Below are positions 1 through 8,094 of a stretch of DNA of 64,000 bases, in pieces. The stretch is from a virus (Duplodnaviria > Heunggongvirae > Uroviricota > Caudoviricetes). The translations under genes and the position numbers were made by a program. The notes under the pieces are model-generated. The model made no database searches. It saw only the letters and a program-made list of their open reading frames with translations, and was not told where the DNA came from. The DNA is taken from IMG/VR virus record IMGVR_UViG_3300048597_000653, positions 53,625 through 117,624 of that record; one strand, 5' to 3'. Positions within the stretch are counted from its first letter, which is position 1; each line of letters opens with the position of its first letter.

Positions 1-269
1 CACTTCGGCGCATGCGCTTTCAATTTGCCGACCAAGCCAACCCGCTTCGAGGCGGACTTCTTCGATAGGAGGCGGCGGAACGTCTTTGGCAAACGTGCGA
101 GTCACTCGCACGGTGAATGCGGGGAGCGGCGTGATTAACTCCAAGTGCATGCTGACCGGCAGAGGACCTTCGCCTCTCAGCGCTCGGTGCTTGAACGTCC
201 AATCCAACAGGTCTTCGAGCATCGATTTGGGAATCGTCACTAATTCGACGGTAGACTTCGAGTCTTCGC

Positions 270-548
270 TCAACACAGGTAGCCTCCGTAACTTCGCAGG
301 TAGTGCAGCCGCACGCCGCACACAATCAGCAACCACTCGTGCCAGCCGCGATGCCAGGCAAACAACCGCGGGGTCAGTCCCCACGAGAACTTGGCCGAAT
401 AGGCACCGTTGCCTCGCGGTCCGAACTGAAACCTGCCACGCTGCCACACGCAGCGACCTAAGCGCAGGATTCGCTCGTCCGGTGACCAGGTCACGAAGAG
501 TTTGACAAAGGCGCGGTTCGGACCGCAGCGCTCATTGCCGATCAGCAT
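270..548 (-). CDS. hypothetical protein; possible distal gene of the leftward operon
   Basis: ATG at 548 lies 4 nt from the stop of the upstream minus-strand ORF. No recognisable motifs, and it overlaps other noisy ORFs. Confidence 0.2.
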   Translation of the reverse strand: MLIGNERCGPNRAFVKLFVTWSPDERILRLGRCVWQRGRFQFGPRGNGAYSAKFSWGLTPRLFAWHRGWHEWLLIVCGVRLHYLRSYGGYLC

Positions 549-763
549 GCGTTGACTCCTGACAGTTGCAACAAAGCAGTGGCCAACACCCATAGGCCAA
601 ATCCTGCGATATATAGGCTGAGCAAAGCCGATAAGATGAACGGCCAACGCTCTTCGTCGTGTTGGAAATAGAACCGGGATTGTTGATAGCCGAAGCCTGT
701 CAGCACCAGCAGTGCCAAGCCGCAGATGAGCAGGAAGACTCCGGAGCCCAGTTGTTCGATCAT
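542..763 (-). CDS. small hydrophobic membrane protein, 73 aa
   Basis: Internal Met gives an ATGA overlap with the stop of the 760..1740 gene. There are two hydrophobic helices. Confidence 0.4.
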   Translation of the reverse strand: MIEQLGSGVFLLICGLALLVLTGFGYQQSRFYFQHDEERWPFILSALLSLYIAGFGLWVLATALLQLSGVNAC

Positions 764-1740
764 TGAGATTGCTCCAGTTGATAGCCGTGCGGATTCAAGT
801 AGCGACAACCGTCGCAATGCTCAGGTGTCTGTGACCAATAGCGACAAAAGGGACACTGCCGGATGCCGCTGTTACGCAACACCCGGCGAAACAGCTTCAA
901 CATCCGCTCGGTCAGTTCGAGATCGCAGTCGGCCAGTACCGCTTCCAACGTCTCGAACGAGTTCAACAGCCGCCGGAACACGGTCTGACAGCTTTGAGCG
1001 AACTTTTGCGAGGTGAAGTCGTGCGAATACCGCTCGATCGTGCGTTGCCAGCCTTGCGAGCGAACCTGACGGCTGAGCACCTTGTAAGCGTTGCCGAATT
1101 GGGCACCGCTATCGGTGGTCCAGACGTGTGTGGCGATCGAATGGGCGTGTTGACGCACGAAATCGGCGCGCTGTTGCCACTTTTCCGCTTCTGCGGGGCT
1201 CATGGGCTGCAATTCGAGCGGTTCGCGAGGCACCGGCACGAGTTGGCAGTAGGCTTGCCCCGCGCGGATACAGTGAGACTCGCCCAATTTGGGCCAGGTC
1301 GAGACGACGAAGAAGAATGCCGGCCACCAATCGAGTTCCAACACACCGGGAACGATCTCAGGCAGGCCCGCAGCACGTCCGAGATGAGGCAAAATCAGCG
1401 TATTGAAGCCCGCGGGCAGCAAAATCTGCTGCAACGTGCAAATACCATAGTATTCGTCGCTGAAAACGCTGACTTCTCGCACCTCGCTGGGCTGATAATC
1501 GCCGATGAGTTCGACATCAAGCACTCCGGCACGGTTGGAGATCAGCAAATCGCAGTCGTTACGCCAACGAAGCTCGCAACCGAGCGTCTGAGCGTCCAGC
1601 CAGGGCTTGCATTGCCAGGGCTGGGCTGTTACATAGCCGCGCTGACTGACCGGAACGGTCGGAGGCGACGGTTGTCGCGGGGCGGCGATGCTCGGATCAG
1701 TTCTGTAGAAGGCGTCCATACCGCCTTCTACAGTCCACAC
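760..1740 (-). CDS. hypothetical protein with a C-terminal CxxC...CxxC zinc ribbon
   Basis: 326-aa ORF. The C-terminus reads CPFCRYW...CDGCRY. No confident family assignment. Confidence 0.55.
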   Translation of the reverse strand: MWTVEGGMDAFYRTDPSIAAPRQPSPPTVPVSQRGYVTAQPWQCKPWLDAQTLGCELRWRNDCDLLISNRAGVLDVELIGDYQPSEVREVSVFSDEYYGICTLQQILLPAGFNTLILPHLGRAAGLPEIVPGVLELDWWPAFFFVVSTWPKLGESHCIRAGQAYCQLVPVPREPLELQPMSPAEAEKWQQRADFVRQHAHSIATHVWTTDSGAQFGNAYKVLSRQVRSQGWQRTIERYSHDFTSQKFAQSCQTVFRRLLNSFETLEAVLADCDLELTERMLKLFRRVLRNSGIRQCPFCRYWSQTPEHCDGCRYLNPHGYQLEQSQ

Positions 1741-1768
1741 TCAAATTGGTTGCAAAAGAAATTGCAAC

Positions 1769-2164
1769 CTAATTCGGTTGCACAGGGAAACAGAGCAACC
1801 CGGATGTATCGCTCGGCAGAGCCGACAAAAACCGCAGCAAATCCTTCTGCTGACCTAAGCCGGCCTCTTGGGAGAATTGGGCGAACCCCTTGGTTCGCAT
1901 CCCGCGACTGCCAGCACAGAAACCAGTCGCGAGATAGCACTCGCCGGTTTGAAACACGATCAACACGCCGGCTGGGCCACAGATACAGCCCAGCACTCGG
2001 CGATTGTGTTGTAACAAGGTGCGGAGATTCTCTAACGAAGCTCGTGCCTGACCACCTTCTGCGGACAGCGTTACGCCGTCCAACAAAGGTTGATACGAGA
2101 TTCGTTCCGGCCGCTGAAGCGCCCGAACCATTTCATTCTGAATGTTGATTGTCATAGCGTCCAT
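1769..2164 (-). CDS. hypothetical protein
   Basis: 131-aa ORF co-oriented with the 760..1740 gene. No motif recognised. Confidence 0.45.
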   Translation of the reverse strand: MDAMTINIQNEMVRALQRPERISYQPLLDGVTLSAEGGQARASLENLRTLLQHNRRVLGCICGPAGVLIVFQTGECYLATGFCAGSRGMRTKGFAQFSQEAGLGQQKDLLRFLSALPSDTSGLLCFPVQPN

Positions 2165-2256
2165 CGTAACTGACTTCGGTTAGTCACCCCCTTTCGGGAC
2201 AAAGTATTTCAACCCACGCTCAAGCATACCCCATGTTTTGCCGATTGTCTAATCGT

Positions 2257-2276
2257 CCATTGACTACTGTCAATGG
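2257..2276. promoter_or_regulatory. perfect 8-bp inverted repeat ccattgac-N4-gtcaatgg upstream of the recombinase gene
   Basis: Seen directly in the sequence, 33 nt upstream of the GTG start. A GGAGG Shine-Dalgarno follows it. Confidence 0.45.
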
Positions 2277-2308
2277 TGAGTTAATATGATCCTGGAGGCA
2301 AACATCGC

Positions 2309-3235
2309 GTGAAGACCCCAAAACAGCCGAAAATAGTCGCATATTACCGGGTTTCTACCCGCAAGCAGTATCAATCGGGGCTGGGGTTAGAGGCTCAGCA
2401 AAATGCGGTGCAGGCGTATGCCGAGCAACATCGTGCGACCGTTCTTGCGGAATATACCGAAGTGGAGACCGGCAAGCGGCACGACATCCGGCCGAAGTTG
2501 CAAGAGGCCGTCGCGCACGCCAAGCTGGCCCGTGCGACTCTGGTAATCGCTAAACTCGATCGACTCGCTCGAAACGTCGCCTTTGTTGCAAACCTGCAAG
2601 AGAGCGGCGTGGAGTTCATCTGCTGCGATAACCCGACAGCCAATCGATTGACGGTCCACATTCTGGCAGCGGTGGCGGAAAGTGAAGCGATGGCCACCAG
2701 CACGCGCACTAAAGATGCACTGGCGGCTGCCAAGCGGCGGGGTGTTAAGCTGGGATCGGCCCGTCCGGAACATTGGAAGGGCCGCGAGCATAAGCGAGGC
2801 TGGAAGAAGGCCACCAAGGCGGCTGCCTCGATCCGGACACGGCGCACCGAGCAGGCTTATGCCTTTCTAATCCCGAAAATGCTGGAACTGAGGCAGCAGT
2901 TGGAGGCCGAGGCCAAGGAAATGCACGCACAATTGCACCAGGCGATGGCCGACATCAAAGCCGAGTGGGATCCGCAGATACGTCGGGCAAAAGCCGCCGT
3001 TGTACGAGAAGAACCCGGATCGCAGGCGAAGTTAGACAAACTGCTTACGCAGCGTGCGGCACGCGTGCAAGCGGCCAGTGAGAAATATTCGTGCCCGGTT
3101 TATGTGCGGATTGCCGATTGGCTGAATTCGCAGGGGCATCTCACCACGATGGGGACGCCGTTCACCAATACGACCGTATTCAGGATTCTGCAACGTGCAG
3201 AGAAACAGCAGGAGGACAAATTAGCCACCACATGA
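2309..3235 (+). CDS. serine recombinase, small resolvase/invertase family
   Basis: N-terminal VAYYRVSTRKQ catalytic-serine motif, followed by a resolvase-like domain. 308 aa. Confidence 0.85.
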   Translation: MKTPKQPKIVAYYRVSTRKQYQSGLGLEAQQNAVQAYAEQHRATVLAEYTEVETGKRHDIRPKLQEAVAHAKLARATLVIAKLDRLARNVAFVANLQESGVEFICCDNPTANRLTVHILAAVAESEAMATSTRTKDALAAAKRRGVKLGSARPEHWKGREHKRGWKKATKAAASIRTRRTEQAYAFLIPKMLELRQQLEAEAKEMHAQLHQAMADIKAEWDPQIRRAKAAVVREEPGSQAKLDKLLTQRAARVQAASEKYSCPVYVRIADWLNSQGHLTTMGTPFTNTTVFRILQRAEKQQEDKLATT

Positions 3236-3245
3236 GAAACAGCAC

Positions 3246-3599
3246 ATGGCATTGGAAGATTTGCAACAGTTCATCGGGGGAGGCGATCAATATCGTCACA
3301 TCAGCGGGCTGTTGTATACCGAGGGCGTACGCTACGTGGCCGAGGAAGGCAAGGCCTACTGGTTGATCGATGCGATTGCATCGTATCAACGCGATCGACG
3401 GTTGCGGGAGAATGCTAGACTGCAAGAGTTCCAGTTATGGGAACTCACGGTGCAGGACACGCACGGAAGTCTGACCTGCCGGGAAGATACAGACCTCGAA
3501 CCCGTCGTACGTCAGGAGATCGAGTTTACCGATTTCCCTTTGCCGACGATTCGATTCTACGTGGAAGCGGGAGTCTTGCTACTGCCGCAGGAACATTGA
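3246..3599 (+). CDS. DUF6876-like protein
   Basis: The motif LxxFIGGxxQYxHxxGLLYTEGVRYVAEEGKAYWLIDAI matches my memory of DUF6876 proteins found on ICEs and plasmids. Confidence 0.5.
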   Translation: MALEDLQQFIGGGDQYRHISGLLYTEGVRYVAEEGKAYWLIDAIASYQRDRRLRENARLQEFQLWELTVQDTHGSLTCREDTDLEPVVRQEIEFTDFPLPTIRFYVEAGVLLLPQEH

Positions 3600-3608
3600 A
3601 AGGACACC

Positions 3609-3938
3609 ATGTCGCACAGCATCACCAGAGAAACGAAGGAATGGGGCGCCCTGTTGACGTTGCAGCCCTTGATTATCCCCATGCAGATCCAGGCGGAGGT
3701 GACCGCGCCGGCTGGGCGGTCTCCCTCGATCCGCTTGAAGTGGTCTGGGGTCCCGGCGACATCGCCAGTAGGCATCACCGACGCCATGATCTGGATCGAG
3801 GGCCTGCGGGCGGTGGTGGCTGAGGCGCGCCGGACGTCGGAGCAACTGAAGCAACAGAGCCTCAAGGCCAAACGACCCTCGCCGCGGGTGAAAAGCAAGC
3901 CAAAGGCTAAGTCAGGGGTCAAGCCGCGTCGAAAGTGA
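3609..3938 (+). CDS. hypothetical protein with a Lys/Arg-rich C-terminal tail
   Basis: 109-aa ORF with a strongly basic C-terminus, KAKRPSPRVKSKPKAKSGVKPRRK. Confidence 0.45.
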   Translation: MSHSITRETKEWGALLTLQPLIIPMQIQAEVTAPAGRSPSIRLKWSGVPATSPVGITDAMIWIEGLRAVVAEARRTSEQLKQQSLKAKRPSPRVKSKPKAKSGVKPRRK

Positions 3939-3939
3939 G

Positions 3940-3968
3940 CGGCGCGGTTAAGGAAAATCACCGCGTCG
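3940..3968. promoter_or_regulatory. imperfect hairpin followed by an A-tract and a TATTAT box upstream of the 4019 gene
   Basis: Stem gcgcggt/accgcg with an 11-nt loop, followed by ttgtattataggg, which looks like a -10 element. Confidence 0.25.
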
Positions 3969-4018
3969 TTAAAAATTGGGCCGCATTCTTCCCCATTGTA
4001 TTATAGGGAGTAATGTGC

Positions 4019-4576
4019 ATGGCCAAGGCGAGACCCGAAGACCCTCGACGGTGCCAGTCCGTAACCAGTCACGGGCAATGCACACAGTTGGCGGAACACG
4101 GCAGTCGCTGGTGCCGCAACCACTGCGGTGTAAGCACCGAGAACGCGGAATCCGTGCGGTCCTACCTCTTAACCCAGGCGCAGGACCGTAACCGGCTTGC
4201 GCAACTGACCGACTACGGTCAACTCTCCTCGCTTCGCGAGGAAATCGCGCTGACGAAGATCCTGATCGAAAAGCGCTGGAACCTGATTAAGACCGACAAC
4301 GATCTGCTGACGTCGTGCGGCTCGTTAAATCAACTCATGCTCACGATGGAACGACTGGTCAAGTCGGCCCATGCGATCGAGCAAGACCTGGGCGTGCTGT
4401 TGGCCAAACCTGCGGTGCATCGTTTGGGCCAGCAAATCTGCCAGATCATTATCGAAGAGCTTGAAGGACTGCCTGAGTACGAGAATCTGGCCGATCGCAT
4501 CAGCCAGCGAATCGTGGGTGCCGTGGCAACCACCACCAACCAGATGACCGAATCTCAGCAGAAGCTGCTCTCGTAA
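4019..4576 (+). CDS. hypothetical protein with an N-terminal Cys-rich zinc-ribbon-like segment
   Basis: GGGAG lies 9 nt upstream of the second ATG at 4019; the ORF is called from 4013. Cys pattern is C-x9-C-x12-C-x3-C. Confidence 0.55.
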   Translation: MAKARPEDPRRCQSVTSHGQCTQLAEHGSRWCRNHCGVSTENAESVRSYLLTQAQDRNRLAQLTDYGQLSSLREEIALTKILIEKRWNLIKTDNDLLTSCGSLNQLMLTMERLVKSAHAIEQDLGVLLAKPAVHRLGQQICQIIIEELEGLPEYENLADRISQRIVGAVATTTNQMTESQQKLLS

Positions 4577-4583
4577 TTGCCGA

Positions 4584-4658
4584 TGCGGGGTAGAGGAGCC
4601 CGGAGTCCTCGCAAGCCTCATAAGCTTGAGATCATGGGTTCAAATCCCATTCCCGCTA
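4584..4658 (+). tRNA. tRNA-Met, anticodon CAU
   Basis: Manual fold gives a 6/7-bp acceptor stem with a U1-U72 mismatch. D-stem gagg/cctc. Anticodon stem caagc/gcttg with loop CUCAUAA. T-arm atggg-TTCAAAT-cccat. CCA is not encoded. Confidence 0.8.
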
Positions 4659-4875
4659 CTCTCATCTTCTCCACGTTCTCGAAGACCACGATCTCTCGTG
4701 GGATGCATGGCTCTCTGGTGCAAATGCGGCGGTGTCGTCACGTATTCCAACGAGGCACGCTGCGAGAATTGCTTTGCTGAATCGCAAGTCCGTTATCACG
4801 GACGTGCCTCCACGATCAACACGCTAGTGCAACCAGATCCGTTGCCGCCTAGCACCTCTCCCTTGAGTCGCGACA

Positions 4876-5469
4876 ATGGCTCGAACCAAGCCCCAACGCG
4901 AGATGGATTTCCAACCAGGTGACATCCTGGGTTTCTCGGGCCATGCTTGGTCGTCGGCCGGAATCAATCTGGTGACGTACGGCATCCCTTTTTGGGACCT
5001 CAGTCATGTGGCGATTGTGGGGAGATTCGACGGTGAACTACTGCTCTTCGAGTCCGAATGTGATCCGCAACATCCTTGCGCAATCCAAGGGCAACTCTTC
5101 GCCGGAACGCAAGCTCAGCCGATTGATTCCCGATTGCAAAGCTATCGAGGAAAAGTTTGGCATTACCCCATTTACCGCAAGCTCTACCGATCCGAAACCG
5201 AACGGCTGAATCGATTCCTATACCAACACCTCGGCATTCCGTACGACCGCATCGGTGCTTTCCGCTCCGGCGGCATCGGTTGGTCTTGGATCGAGTCGCT
5301 GTTGAGGCAGTCGGATCTGAGCAGCCTGTTCTGCTCCGAGCTTGCCGCTGCGGCGCACACGCACATCGGGTTGTTTCGCACTGACAACGTCAGTCGCTGG
5401 TCTCCCAACCGCTTCGTGCGGGCCGAGCGCCGCGCCCACATCTTGCTGAAACCTCGGAGATTGAAATGA
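4876..5469 (+). CDS. permuted papain-fold NlpC/P60-superfamily hydrolase (YiiX/LRAT-like); candidate amidase or endolysin
   Basis: A His-containing segment, SHVAIV, precedes the Cys motif FCSELAAAAH. There is no signal peptide. 197 aa. Confidence 0.5.
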   Translation: MARTKPQREMDFQPGDILGFSGHAWSSAGINLVTYGIPFWDLSHVAIVGRFDGELLLFESECDPQHPCAIQGQLFAGTQAQPIDSRLQSYRGKVWHYPIYRKLYRSETERLNRFLYQHLGIPYDRIGAFRSGGIGWSWIESLLRQSDLSSLFCSELAAAAHTHIGLFRTDNVSRWSPNRFVRAERRAHILLKPRRLK

Positions 5470-5993
5470 GGCGTCTGCTTGCCTTTCTGCTGGCTATCTC
5501 GATCTGCACCAGCGCCTTGGCGATCGAGTATCCCACCGTGAATCTGCCGCTGGCCTTGCGACAACACAACTGGCGCGGAATGCGCGGCGAAGGCTCCTGC
5601 GTTCATGCTTCGATGGTAATGCTGCTGCGCTGGCAAGGTCGCCATCAGACCGCCGAATGGTGGCGCAAGCATTACGGCGATGGTGAGTGGAGCGGTCGGC
5701 TTTCTCGCCGGCTGACCCAGGCTGGCATTCGCTTCGCCGTCACGGAATCGTCCGACGTGAAGTTCCTGGAATGGGCCTGCCAAACCCGACGTGGGGCCGG
5801 GGTCGTTGTCTCCGGCGGCGCCCACATGGTCTGCCTGGTCCATCTGGACAAAGAGCGTGCCGGCATCCTGGACAACAACGACATCAAGAGAATTCTGTGG
5901 ATGCCAAGAAAGGCATTCCTTGCCGAGTGGAAGAGAAGCGGCGGATGGGCAGTCACTCCGGTGTATTCGCCCGCGCCTCCTCTGCCTCATTGA
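5466..5993 (+). CDS. secreted papain-like cysteine peptidase, C39-like domain
   Basis: N-terminal signal peptide. C39-like pattern GSCVHASMVMLLRW, with a later GGAHMVCLVHLD His segment. Confidence 0.5.
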   Translation: MRRLLAFLLAISICTSALAIEYPTVNLPLALRQHNWRGMRGEGSCVHASMVMLLRWQGRHQTAEWWRKHYGDGEWSGRLSRRLTQAGIRFAVTESSDVKFLEWACQTRRGAGVVVSGGAHMVCLVHLDKERAGILDNNDIKRILWMPRKAFLAEWKRSGGWAVTPVYSPAPPLPH

Positions 5994-6016
5994 ACCAATC
6001 CTTTGGAGTTCGATCC

Positions 6017-6682
6017 ATGAAGTTCATGCTCACATGCATGTTGCTGTTGGCGAGCGTGCTCGAAGCCGCTGCCTGCCCCTGTGCGGGGAACGACGATCCT
6101 TGCCAGTGCGAGCCAGCCTGCCAGTGCCAAGGCGTTGAAGATCAGGTGCTGGTGCTGCCGACTGATGCCAACAAGCTCTATTTGACCGTCATCGGCGAAC
6201 CTGGCGACGAGAAGTTCCAGCAAGTGCGCGGCTGGTTCAAGTCCGACGCCGCGCTCAAGGCGGTGAAGAGCCAGACGCACTACAACGTCATCAGCACCGA
6301 CAGCAAGATGTTTCAGCGCTACGCCAAGAGCACGGGCGATACGCCGCTGGTCCGGTTACAGCAACCGGATGGCAAGGTGATCTTCCAAGTCAGCGGTGAG
6401 AATCTGCCCAACACGCCGGCCCAACTGGAACGTGGCTTCAAGTTCGAGTGGAAACGCTGGAAAAGTCCGAACGGCTGCCCCAATGGCCGTTGCCGCCCGC
6501 AGCCGAAGCCGGAACCGACTCCCGAACCCGCTCCGGATGAAGACGAGGAAATCACCCCGGATGTGCAACCGGACGTCGAACCGGTCAACGATCTGCCGCC
6601 GATCTGGCTGGCCGCGGTTGTGATTGCGATCGGTGCCGCGCTGGGCGTGTTCAAGCAGTTCCGCGAAACGCATCCGGCGTAA
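6017..6682 (+). CDS. secreted Cys-rich protein with a thioredoxin-fold-like core and a C-terminal transmembrane anchor
   Basis: GGAG 8 nt upstream of the ATG. Signal peptide, then CPCAGNDDPCQCEPACQC. Pro/Glu-rich linker and a hydrophobic C-terminus. Confidence 0.55.
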   Translation: MKFMLTCMLLLASVLEAAACPCAGNDDPCQCEPACQCQGVEDQVLVLPTDANKLYLTVIGEPGDEKFQQVRGWFKSDAALKAVKSQTHYNVISTDSKMFQRYAKSTGDTPLVRLQQPDGKVIFQVSGENLPNTPAQLERGFKFEWKRWKSPNGCPNGRCRPQPKPEPTPEPAPDEDEEITPDVQPDVEPVNDLPPIWLAAVVIAIGAALGVFKQFRETHPA

Positions 6683-6741
6683 TCGCGTTCTGGCCGGAAC
6701 TCGTGAACCGCATTCCATTCTGAAAACCAAGGGAAACTCCC

Positions 6742-7164
6742 ATGAGCTTTGAAATCACGTTGAGTCAAGTCCTGATCGTCTCGCTGCTGTTGCCGCTGAG
6801 CTACTTCGTGGCGAAGTGGTTGTTCCAGAAAGATACCAAACGCGAGAATCGCAAACGGGCCGCGCTGAAGTTGGCCTCTCGCTTGGAGCAGGAAGGGTTG
6901 AAGGTCGTCCCCAAGATCCTCGAATGTTATGGCGTGGATGACTGGTCCGGTATGGCCGACCAAGTGCTCAGAGCGGCTGACTTGATCGAGCAGGGCGAAG
7001 ATCAGGTGATGATCGCGTTCGACAAGATTCGCGACAACGTCATCAACGCCATGCTCAGCAAGGAACAAGGCCGGGCCTATCTGGCTGCCAAGCTGGCGGA
7101 TGCCGTCAAACCGGTTGATCCGTCCGCCGTGCAGAACGCACCGGCTGCCAAGGTCTCGGTCTAA
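6742..7164 (+). CDS. membrane protein with an N-terminal transmembrane helix
   Basis: 140-aa ORF with a hydrophobic N-terminus and a GGGAAAC upstream. No family recognised. Confidence 0.5.
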   Translation: MSFEITLSQVLIVSLLLPLSYFVAKWLFQKDTKRENRKRAALKLASRLEQEGLKVVPKILECYGVDDWSGMADQVLRAADLIEQGEDQVMIAFDKIRDNVINAMLSKEQGRAYLAAKLADAVKPVDPSAVQNAPAAKVSV

Positions 7165-7427
7165 TGCGTCGGCAGTACGTGCTGGCGTTTGGGGCCAAGT
7201 GGTGCTCGGTCTGCCAAGCTAATGAGACGCAGTTGAAGCGGCTTACAGGTCGAGTTGTCGTGCAGCACGTTGACTACGACGAACAGCCATCACTCGTCCG
7301 GAAGTTCAAGATCGAACTGCTGCCAACCTACGTGTTGGTGAATAGCCAGGGCAAGGAAGTGGCCCGTACCGGGGAAGTGATGACGCTGCTGTCTTGGTTC
7401 AAGTACCCCAAGCTCCCACGTTTGTAA
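7164..7427 (+). CDS. thioredoxin-family protein
   Basis: WCSVC active-site motif (WCxxC) in an 87-aa thioredoxin-sized protein. Start overlaps the upstream stop as ATGA-type coupling. Confidence 0.7.
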   Translation: MRRQYVLAFGAKWCSVCQANETQLKRLTGRVVVQHVDYDEQPSLVRKFKIELLPTYVLVNSQGKEVARTGEVMTLLSWFKYPKLPRL

Positions 7428-7435
7428 TCCAAAAG

Positions 7436-7463
7436 TCGGCCCTCGATCGCGAGGGCCGATTCT
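7436..7463 (+). terminator. GC-rich palindromic hairpin after the thioredoxin gene
   Basis: 10-bp perfect stem tcggccctcg/cgagggccga with loop atcg, followed by ttct. The U-tract is weak. Confidence 0.4.
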
Positions 7464-7506
7464 CGACATCACCGGCAACGGTGGTGTCCAGAATCGGAGG
7501 CACACC

Positions 7507-7812
7507 ATGAGCCAACTGAATGACTTTCGCCAAGCGTTGACCAGTGTCAACAACGATTTGTTCGTGACAGGGAAGGTAACGGCCGAAGATTTCCAGACCG
7601 TTACCCGGATCGCCCGCAACCCGCTTTGCCGACGTAACGGTCGGCAGTCACGCGCATTGACCTTGTTGCATCGCCAAGTCGAGGCTTTGTATCGCGAGCA
7701 GCATCCTGGCACCGAAGCCATCGACTGGGCCAAGGTCCGCGGATGGTTGCGTGACAACTGGATCACGATTCTCAAGATGATTGTGCGCATCTTGATGTTC
7801 GTCCTGCTCTAA
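7507..7812 (+). CDS. hypothetical protein with a C-terminal hydrophobic helix
   Basis: 101-aa ORF with GGAGG upstream. The C-terminus reads ITILKMIVRILMFVLL. Confidence 0.45.
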   Translation: MSQLNDFRQALTSVNNDLFVTGKVTAEDFQTVTRIARNPLCRRNGRQSRALTLLHRQVEALYREQHPGTEAIDWAKVRGWLRDNWITILKMIVRILMFVLL

Positions 7813-8094
7813 GTGCCACCGCGCAACAAGCGCTGCCGCACCGGTAACTGCCCTGAACCGAAGCAATCACCTCTTCCTACGGTTCTCGCACAACCCGTTC
7901 TGACCATCGACGGGGCAGGGGAGCGGCTCTGGAAGCACGTTCTGTTCGGGACAGAGACGTGCGTCAGCATGATCGAAGGCTACGCCGATCTGGCGATGCC
8001 TGGTGAACCTTGCCCGCGGCTCCGTGCCATGCGGCAACGACTCGACAACGTAATCAAGAGGCTCGAAGGACGTGCAAGTTCAACTCCCCAGTAG
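7813..8094 (+). CDS. hypothetical protein; positional candidate for a small terminase or DNA-binding protein
   Basis: 93-aa basic protein two genes upstream of the large terminase. No motif recognised. Confidence 0.35.
   Translation: MPPRNKRCRTGNCPEPKQSPLPTVLAQPVLTIDGAGERLWKHVLFGTETCVSMIEGYADLAMPGEPCPRLRAMRQRLDNVIKRLEGRASSTPQ

Noticed and set aside
20-505. Overlapping ORFs 20..325(-) and 86..505(+) at the window start.
   Set aside because: They are mutually overlapping with low-complexity Arg/Ser/Ala-rich translations typical of GC-rich noise. Only the 270..548(-) frame is retained, at very low confidence.
4590-4660. Initial idea that this was only a tRNA 3' fragment marking an att core.
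   Set aside because: A complete cloverleaf was found upstream (acceptor, D-arm and anticodon arm), so it is a full-length tRNA gene and not an att remnant.
4577-4922. ORFs 4577..4780 and 4626..4922, including a possible 71-aa CxxC peptide from 4707.
   Set aside because: 4577..4780 is simply the tRNA-Met sequence read as protein. The 4707 peptide overlaps the 4876 gene, and I could not support it beyond a weak Cys pattern.
5687-6016. N-terminal extension of the 5687..6682 ORF.
   Set aside because: It overlaps the 5466..5993 gene in another frame. A GGAG-preceded ATG at 6017 gives a protein that starts with a clean signal peptide.
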